From Streptomyces phage Circinus: a DNA stretch of 32,000 nucleotides. Both the position numbers and the translations under genes were made by a program. The stretch is from the sequence record MK620896.1; one strand, written 5' to 3'. The notes beneath the pieces are model-generated. The model saw only the letters and a list, made by a program, of their open reading frames with translations, ran no database searches and was not told the origin of the DNA. Of the stretch, positions 27,273 to 32,000 are shown piece after piece (the first letter of the stretch is position 1; every line of letters starts with the position of its first letter).

Positions 27273-27719
27273 ATGGCAGAAGAGAAGAAGGACGAGTTCA
27301 AGGTTCTTTCCGCCGACGAGCGTCGTGAGGCTGTAAAGCGTTCCGACGAAGAGGCTGCAAAGGCCGAGTACAAGCCACGCACAGCGCACAACGTTGTTGC
27401 CGAGGTTGGTCCTGTTGACGTTGAGGACGCTAACGAGCGTGCCAAGAAGGCTGGAGTTACCGACTCAGCTTTCGTTGACTACGAGGAGGCTCTTAAGAAC
27501 TACGAGGGCCGTTCCGACATCGAGCCTCTAAAGGAGCGTCGTGCCCGTGAGGGTGGTCGTGACTTTAGCGATGCGGCTTTCCGTCGTCAGATTGGCGGTA
27601 CGGATAATCCTGGCGTCGTATCAACTGACACGGCTGTAAAGACCGACGAGGACAAGAAGGCTGTTGCTGAGGATAAGACCGAGGCAAAGCCAGCGACTCG
27701 CAGGGCTGCACAGAAGTAA
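27273..27719 (+). CDS. hypothetical highly charged (K/E/A/D-rich) protein
   Basis: 148-aa ORF with a strong RBS (AAGGAGGTG), its own extended -10 promoter, and a strong terminator. Confidence 0.75.
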   Translation: MAEEKKDEFKVLSADERREAVKRSDEEAAKAEYKPRTAHNVVAEVGPVDVEDANERAKKAGVTDSAFVDYEEALKNYEGRSDIEPLKERRAREGGRDFSDAAFRRQIGGTDNPGVVSTDTAVKTDEDKKAVAEDKTEAKPATRRAAQK

Positions 27720-27738
27720 GCAACCCTCTTAAGCAGTA

Positions 27739-27780
27739 GGGCCGAAGATTTCGAAAGATTTCTTCGGCCCTAAGCTTTTT
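27739..27780 (+). terminator. hairpin GGGCCGAAGA/TCTTCGGCCC followed by TAAGCTTTTT
   Basis: Read directly from the sequence. Confidence 0.75.
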
Positions 27781-27784
27781 GGTG

Positions 27785-27814
27785 TTGACATTCGCTTATG
27801 CAAAATGTTAACAT
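27785..27814 (+). promoter_or_regulatory. promoter TTGACA-N18-TAACAT upstream of the whiB operon
   Basis: Read directly from the sequence, just after terminator 27739-27770. Confidence 0.65.
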
Positions 27815-27857
27815 AGTTGTACAAAGCACGATTAAGCAACTAGAAGGGTTTATTTTT

Positions 27858-28097
27858 ATGTCTCGACTCACTCTCGACTTCAAGGCCGCTCACAAGTTTG
27901 TGAATGACCAGCGTCGAATGGGCTCTGACATCCGTTGGGATGGCTACGATATCGTTATCTGGAAGCCGACCCACTACGGTTTCACGAATAAGCGTGGGGC
28001 TTTCCGCAACGGTCGTTGGGGAATGGAAACCCGCGTGGTCGTCGGTAACGACGGTACATGGAAGGTCCCATTCAAGAGTGTCAAGTCTTCTCGATGA
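27858..28097 (+). CDS. hypothetical protein
   Basis: ATG 27858 after GAAGGG. The track ORF was trimmed because its 5' end overlaps promoter 27785-27814. Confidence 0.65.
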   Translation: MSRLTLDFKAAHKFVNDQRRMGSDIRWDGYDIVIWKPTHYGFTNKRGAFRNGRWGMETRVVVGNDGTWKVPFKSVKSSR

Positions 28098-28386
28098 ACT
28101 AGGAATTGACCCGGAGAATTTCGAGTGGCAAGACCTGGCTCTGTGCGCTAACATGCCAACCGAGCTGTTCTATGACAAGTATGAGTCAGACAGCGAGACA
28201 GCAAAGGCCACCGACCAGGCTTGCCTTCGGTGCCCGGTCATGAGACAATGTTTTTTCGCCGGGTCCGATGGTGAATATGGAACCTGGGGTGGGGTATACT
28301 GGAACGGTGCTGGCAAGCCAGACAAGAACCGTAACTCCCACAAGACCGAAGAGGTCTGGGTAGAAATTCGTCAGAGGGTGCTATGA
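28078..28386 (+). CDS. whiB: WhiB-family (Wbl) Fe-S transcription factor
   Basis: LALCANM ... ACLRCPVMRQC gives the C-Xn-C-X2-C-X5-C pattern, followed by GTWGGVYW (the G[VI]WGG turn) and a basic tail. The GTG 28078 start is tentative. Confidence 0.8.
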   Translation: MSSLLDELGIDPENFEWQDLALCANMPTELFYDKYESDSETAKATDQACLRCPVMRQCFFAGSDGEYGTWGGVYWNGAGKPDKNRNSHKTEEVWVEIRQRVL

Positions 28387-28634
28387 GTAAGTACACTCCG
28401 ACAGTCCAGAAAATCTTCAAGTCGATGAAGTGCCCAGTACAGGGCTTCATCGTGGATATCGTAGAATATCCAGACTACCTTGCACTGCGTGTTTACAAGG
28501 ACAACATCGAGTCTTTCAGCGAGCCGAAGAAACTGGCGGCTGCTGAATATCTCTATAAACTTAGAGATGCAATTAGGTCCGAAGTCAACTGCCATATTCA
28601 GGGAGTCACCGATGCACCGCCTGGAAGACGATAG
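28383..28634 (+). CDS. hypothetical protein
   Basis: 83-aa ORF with an ATGA overlap to whiB. Confidence 0.65.
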   Translation: MSKYTPTVQKIFKSMKCPVQGFIVDIVEYPDYLALRVYKDNIESFSEPKKLAAAEYLYKLRDAIRSEVNCHIQGVTDAPPGRR

Positions 28635-28812
28635 GGAAATCTACCAGCTCATTTACATCATCGATGATGGTGTGTATGGCGTACTGCTTAGCGAGGGAGC
28701 TTTTGCCTCGAAGGTGCGGTACACGGCCGGTGGAATTGAATACGATGGTGTTTACGTCGGGAACGATGAATTCCTTACGCTGGACACTCTGACGGAATAC
28801 GAGGAAGTTTGA
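28612..28812 (+). CDS. hypothetical protein (66 aa)
   Basis: ATG 28612 after CAGGGAG. The track ORF 28480-28812 was trimmed. Confidence 0.55.
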   Translation: MHRLEDDREIYQLIYIIDDGVYGVLLSEGAFASKVRYTAGGIEYDGVYVGNDEFLTLDTLTEYEEV

Positions 28813-29051
28813 TGGTTTGTAGTTCCTGCGGCAAGCAGCGAAATGAACTCAGCGCTCGCAAGTCCAAGTTGATGGCGAATGTGCCTCTATTTCTCTGCAC
28901 CGATTGCATTAAGGGAAAGATGGAGCCACGCTACCTCATCATCCTGGTCGGACGGGCTCAAGGACCTGAGAAGGTCGCGGAGTATATCCGCAATAATCGG
29001 TATCACAATGCCGAGAGCAAGCCGATTCTGGCAAGCGAACTGATTGCCTGA
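28812..29051 (+). CDS. zinc-ribbon protein, hypothetical
   Basis: TGATG coupling. CSSCG ... CTDC pairs. Confidence 0.65.
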   Translation: MVCSSCGKQRNELSARKSKLMANVPLFLCTDCIKGKMEPRYLIILVGRAQGPEKVAEYIRNNRYHNAESKPILASELIA

Positions 29052-29059
29052 ATTACCAT

Positions 29060-29091
29060 AGGGAGGTCTTCGGACCTCCCTAAAGCTTTTT
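29060..29091 (+). terminator. hairpin AGGGAGGTC/GACCTCCCT followed by AAAGCTTTTT
   Basis: Read directly from the sequence. Confidence 0.75.
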
Positions 29092-29155
29092 GCATCTTCA
29101 CAATTGGTGACTGTGGCAGATGGACTTTTAAGTGACTGCAAGTTATACTTAAGGC

Positions 29156-29581
29156 ATGTTCAGAGTTGGATTTGTAAGAAGGACTGCTATTCGCCCGATG
29201 GATGTAGTTGAAGGTATCCTTACCACGACTATGTTCCTGCACGGTGTATGGCTCGTGTCGCCCTTCTTCAAGCCAAGCTCCTCAGTAAGTGCCCTAATCT
29301 TGCAGGGCGAATCTGGTCTCCCCCAGATAATTGGTCTTACTCAGGTCGCGGTAGCGGGAGTCCATCTTTACAGCCTTCTTCGAAAGCCCGTGAAGCAGGA
29401 GGTGATTCGTCGGGGGGCCATGTTCTTCATGTTTACCCTCTATCTGTTCTACGGAACGTCGTCTCTAATCCTGTTTGGTCTAGGGAAGGTAAACTGGGTA
29501 ACCACATTCGCGCTGGCTTTCATTGCAGCGGTGGTTTACCTAAGACTAAAGTGGGAGGTGAGCCACGATGCCAGAAATTAA
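29156..29581 (+). CDS. integral membrane protein (about 4 TM)
   Basis: 141 aa with four hydrophobic segments. Confidence 0.7.
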   Translation: MFRVGFVRRTAIRPMDVVEGILTTTMFLHGVWLVSPFFKPSSSVSALILQGESGLPQIIGLTQVAVAGVHLYSLLRKPVKQEVIRRGAMFFMFTLYLFYGTSSLILFGLGKVNWVTTFALAFIAAVVYLRLKWEVSHDARN

Positions 29582-29879
29582 CCAGGCGTGGCTCGCTTTG
29601 TTCGCAGCGCTTCTTGGAGGTTCTGGTCTTAAAGTCATCGAGTATTGGCTGAATAGGTCCAAGACCCAGGATGACTCGGCGGCGGCTATGCGCACAGAGT
29701 TGCGGGAAGAAGTTCGGAGCCTGCGCGAAGAATTGCGAACCGTAGAGGAGCAGCTTGACCTGTGGCGGGGCAAGTATTACGAACTCATGGATGAGTTTAT
29801 GAAGGCCAAGGGAGACCTTGCCGAAGCTGTTCGCCAGCAGCAGCGGATTCTAGAACGTCCGCCTAACACTGGTGACTAA
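29568..29879 (+). CDS. membrane-anchored coiled-coil protein
   Basis: N-terminal TM (WLALFAALLGGSGL), then heptad-like ELREEVRSLREELRTVEEQL. Overlaps the upstream gene by 14 nt. Confidence 0.7.
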   Translation: MPEINQAWLALFAALLGGSGLKVIEYWLNRSKTQDDSAAAMRTELREEVRSLREELRTVEEQLDLWRGKYYELMDEFMKAKGDLAEAVRQQQRILERPPNTGD

Positions 29880-29893
29880 TAAAAAAGAATATA

Positions 29894-30190
29894 ATGGGGG
29901 TGCCACTTTTGGCATTTTATGAAATTGCAAATTTCTGGTACGATGAGGAAACCGGCAACGTGTTCCTCAACATCAGCAAGAGCGTCGATGTCTCCTACCC
30001 AGTTGACCCTGAGTACGGAGAAGCCTCGGATTACTACGAGGCTCAGATTTATCTTGATGGTGGTCTTTCCCTAATCGGAAAGAAGCGTCCAAGGAGCCTT
30101 GACGGTACTGTCTCTGGCGGTACCTACGGAAAGATTTCCAGCTCTCCGGATGCATCTGATTTTCTGCCTCTAGCAGACGCTCCCGAGTGA
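29894..30190 (+). CDS. hypothetical acidic protein
   Basis: 98-aa ORF. Confidence 0.6.
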   Translation: MGVPLLAFYEIANFWYDEETGNVFLNISKSVDVSYPVDPEYGEASDYYEAQIYLDGGLSLIGKKRPRSLDGTVSGGTYGKISSSPDASDFLPLADAPE

Positions 30191-30192
30191 TG

Positions 30193-30221
30193 TTGACAGG
30201 CCCAACCCGGTCTGCTACCAT
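30193..30221 (+). promoter_or_regulatory. promoter TTGACA-N17-TACCAT driving the tRNA-Glu pair
   Basis: Read directly from the sequence. Confidence 0.6.
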
Positions 30222-30266
30222 ATAATCAGAAAGGGAAAGCCAATCGCCCTAAAGGGTTGGCGACTT

Positions 30267-30340
30267 GCCCCAGTGGTCTAGCGGTCTAGGATACTTGACT
30301 CTCAATCAAGAGGTCGCCGGTTCGAATCCGGTCTGGGGTA
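30267..30340 (+). tRNA. tRNA-Glu (CTC)
   Basis: Acceptor GCCCCAG/CTGGGGT, anticodon stem CTTGA/TCAAG with loop CTCTCAA, T-arm GCCGG-TTCGAAT-CCGGT. Confidence 0.85.
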
Positions 30341-30359
30341 CAAACGTAAATAGTAGGTC

Positions 30360-30450
30360 GGCGGGTGGCCACCCAACAAAGAGATTGCCGAGCTGCTATT
30401 ATCGTCAGGGTAAGTAGGGATAAAACGCGAGACACCCTCGGAGACCCGCC
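30360..30450 (+). other. structured spacer closed by a 7-bp helix (tRNA-derived relic?)
   Basis: GGCGGGT/ACCCGCC closing helix. The internal CCCAACAAAGAG motif is shared with elements at 20563 and 20440. No cloverleaf is recognisable. Confidence 0.3.
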
Positions 30451-30453
30451 CAT

Positions 30454-30526
30454 GCCCCGGTGTACGATGGAATGCAGTTAGGGTTTTCACCCCTAATTTT
30501 CGCGGGTTCGATTCCCGTCCGGGGTA
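30454..30526 (+). tRNA. tRNA-Glu (TTC)
   Basis: Acceptor GCCCCGG/CCGGGGT, anticodon stem TAGGG/CCCTA with loop TTTTCAC, T-arm GCGGG-TTCGATT-CCCGT. The D-arm is irregular. Confidence 0.75.
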
Positions 30527-30530
30527 CGCA

Positions 30531-30758
30531 ATGGCAGCACGACAGGTAACACAGAAGTCAGCTCTAATTGAAGCCCGCTGGGTCATCAAGATTCTTCTTG
30601 GTATGTTCGGCGGGATTATTGTTGCGTTCTTGCTCATAGGTTGGATATCAGAAAGCAATGACACAGAGAAGATGAAAGCCTGTGTAAGCAAAAGTGACAG
30701 GGAATGGGTCAAGAACGATTGCGTCTTCCCGCCCCAACCAATTCCATCAAGCTCTTGA
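30531..30758 (+). CDS. small membrane protein (1 TM)
   Basis: The ATG lies 5 nt after the tRNA-Glu(TTC) 3' end and there is no SD. TM segment is ILLGMFGGIIVAFLLIGWI. Confidence 0.55.
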   Translation: MAARQVTQKSALIEARWVIKILLGMFGGIIVAFLLIGWISESNDTEKMKACVSKSDREWVKNDCVFPPQPIPSSS

Positions 30759-30821
30759 ACAGTCGCTCCGGGTAATGCCGCACCGGCTGTTTCTTTTTAT
30801 CCCCAACATGATTGGAAAATA

Positions 30822-31385
30822 ATGTCTCTCGTTGGTACGCGAGTTCGCGTCAAGGATAACTACGCCGGTGGCCTGGATGGCGTTATCGGTAAGACCGCTA
30901 AGGTTGTCGCGTTCGACCCGAACCACGACCCGGCCACGGAGGGGCGGCTTTACGCTCTGGATATTCAGGGCAGCCGCACCAAGACCTACTACGACTCTTG
31001 GCGCAAGGAGGATGTCAGCTACACCTACGATTACACCGTACTCGTGACGGGCGAGGAAATCGAGCCGGTTGTCTTTGATGTCACGGACTCCAAGGGTCAG
31101 AAGATTGAGATTGGCGACACTGTTGCCTATGGCCCTCTCGGCGGTGGCGTCAACGTCGGCAAGGTGGTTGACCTCAAGGAGGCCAATGACCGCTATTACA
31201 AGGTCGCGGTAAAGGTTGAGCTGGACGAGACCACTTCGCACATTGATGGTGGCGACAGGCGAATTGATGGCCTGCCTTCCAAGCGTTACCAGACCTACAC
31301 CCACACTGACCGGATGCTGGTTATTCAGAAGGGCTCGTTTAACTACGTGCAGCAGTTCGGCAAGATTACTCTTGGCTCGCTCTGA
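30822..31385 (+). CDS. hypothetical protein
   Basis: 187-aa ORF containing two GxxVxV / IGDTV beta-rich repeats. Confidence 0.75.
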   Translation: MSLVGTRVRVKDNYAGGLDGVIGKTAKVVAFDPNHDPATEGRLYALDIQGSRTKTYYDSWRKEDVSYTYDYTVLVTGEEIEPVVFDVTDSKGQKIEIGDTVAYGPLGGGVNVGKVVDLKEANDRYYKVAVKVELDETTSHIDGGDRRIDGLPSKRYQTYTHTDRMLVIQKGSFNYVQQFGKITLGSL

Positions 31386-31588
31386 TGGATTTCGTTGACT
31401 GCATCGGACGCCCGGTTGCCGTTGGTGACCGGGTTGGTGTAGCATTCTCTTATTCCCGAGCTTCGGTCGGGTATATCAGAATCGGTCGCGTGAAGACTCT
31501 GGAGCCTGAGTTCCGGATGCGCTGGGAGGCTGACGACAAGGTCAGTCCTCCGATGGTCTACGACGCCAGGCGAATGGTCATACTCTAA
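31385..31588 (+). CDS. hypothetical protein
   Basis: 67 aa with TGATG coupling. VAVGDRVGV resembles the motif in the upstream gene. Confidence 0.65.
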   Translation: MDFVDCIGRPVAVGDRVGVAFSYSRASVGYIRIGRVKTLEPEFRMRWEADDKVSPPMVYDARRMVIL

Positions 31589-31674
31589 TGTGCTGTAACC
31601 GTCCTTGTATGGTTTCCACCTGGGAGAACGGTAAATACGTTCTCAAATGCATTAACTGCAACAAGTGTAGTTGA
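31588..31674 (+). CDS. micro-ORF, Cys-rich peptide (28 aa)
   Basis: TAATG coupling. Peptide is MCCNRPCMVSTWENGKYVLKCINCNKCS. The stop overlaps the -35 box at 31671. Confidence 0.35.
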   Translation: MCCNRPCMVSTWENGKYVLKCINCNKCS

Positions 31675-31700
31675 CACGGCTGAATAATCCGTGCTACTAT
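31671..31700 (+). promoter_or_regulatory. promoter TTGACA-N18-TACTAT driving tRNA-Gly
   Basis: Read directly from the sequence. An 11-bp leader hairpin precedes the tRNA. Confidence 0.65.
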
Positions 31701-31730
31701 AGATACATCGGGTCAACACCTGATGCATCT

Positions 31731-31801
31731 GCGCTATTAGCTCAACAGTAGAGCACTAGTCTTCCAAACTAGGGACGCCGGGGCGGCACCGGCATAGCGC
31801 T
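31731..31801 (+). tRNA. tRNA-Gly (TCC) with non-canonical D- and T-loops
   Basis: Acceptor GCGCTAT/ATAGCGC, anticodon stem CTAGT/ACTAG with loop CTTCCAA. The D-loop AACAGTA lacks GG. The T-arm GCCGG-GGCGGCA-CCGGC lacks TTC. Confidence 0.65.
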
Positions 31802-31814
31802 CTCTAAACAAAAC

Positions 31815-31848
31815 ACCCCGGAGGATTTTCCTCCGGGGTTTCTTATTT
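31815..31848 (+). terminator. terminator after tRNA-Gly
   Basis: 11-bp stem ACCCCGGAGGA/TCCTCCGGGGT followed by TTCTTATTT. Confidence 0.75.
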
Positions 31849-31857
31849 AGGAGAGTA

Positions 31858-32000
31858 ATGAAGAGGGTATTCTTTCGGCTGGCGAACACTACCCACATGC
31901 TGGTCCTGACGATTATCGGTACAATCCTGGTTAGCTCGGTGGTGTTTTCGCTGACCGAGGGCGTTAGCCTCTTCGATGGTGTATACTGGTCTGTAGTGAC
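31858..32000 (+). CDS. probable potassium-channel (Ion_trans_2-type) protein, 3' end cut by window edge
   Basis: ATG after AGGAGAG, one TM helix, then LFDGVYWSVV, which looks like the pore-helix lead-in to a TxGYGD filter. The filter itself lies beyond the window. Confidence 0.5.
   Translation, partial: MKRVFFRLANTTHMLVLTIIGTILVSSVVFSLTEGVSLFDGVYWSVV

Noticed and set aside
1-32000. Integrase, attP, transposase or insertion sequence
   Set aside because: No tyrosine- or serine-recombinase or DDE motifs were seen in any plausible ORF, and no terminal inverted repeats flank the GC-rich island. The only mobile-element-like gene is the free-standing HNH endonuclease.

Overview
This window is almost entirely plus-strand and densely packed. 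It reads as part of a large, tRNA-rich dsDNA phage genome, most likely an actinobacteriophage. The host inference rests on a WhiB-like and an Lsr2-like gene, frequent GTG/TTG starts with ATGA/GTGA/TAATG start-stop overlaps, and repeated TTGACA-N17/18-TAnnnT promoters.

Layout:
- 1-7.2 kb: nucleotide-metabolism and recombination module. It holds dUTPase (5' truncated), a RecA-like ATPase, a Cas4-like nuclease, a RuvC-like resolvase, a SLOG-like protein, a GT25-like glycosyltransferase, a DnaQ-like exonuclease and a dNMP kinase.
- 7.2-9.6 kb: small and large terminase subunits.
- 9.6-32 kb: accessory region. By manual cloverleaf folding I find 27 tRNA genes and one tmRNA in several promoter-driven clusters, interleaved with small ORFs. 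Recognisable genes are a papain-like C1 peptidase, an HNH endonuclease, the only minus-strand gene (Lsr2-like, in a GC-richer island), an EEP-family nuclease/phosphatase, a permuted NlpC/P60-like peptidase, a macro-domain protein, rIIA-like and rIIB-like genes followed by a metallophosphoesterase, a WhiB-like regulator, small membrane proteins, and the start of a probable K+ channel at the right edge.

No CRISPR array, rRNA, integrase or transposase was seen.

Best candidates for something not yet described:
1. The GC-rich, apparently non-coding island with six TCCCCC tracts and C-loop hairpins next to the Lsr2-like gene.
2. Non-canonical tRNA-like RNAs and a ~240-nt structured spacer with an anti-Shine-Dalgarno loop inside the tRNA array.
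3. Five tRNAs of different identity that share one anticodon stem.
4. An rIIA / rIIB(+Cys-rich acidic tail) / phosphoesterase trio.
5. A recurrent hairpin-AAGCT punctuation motif.

All functional calls come from motifs read by eye. No database search or folding program was run.
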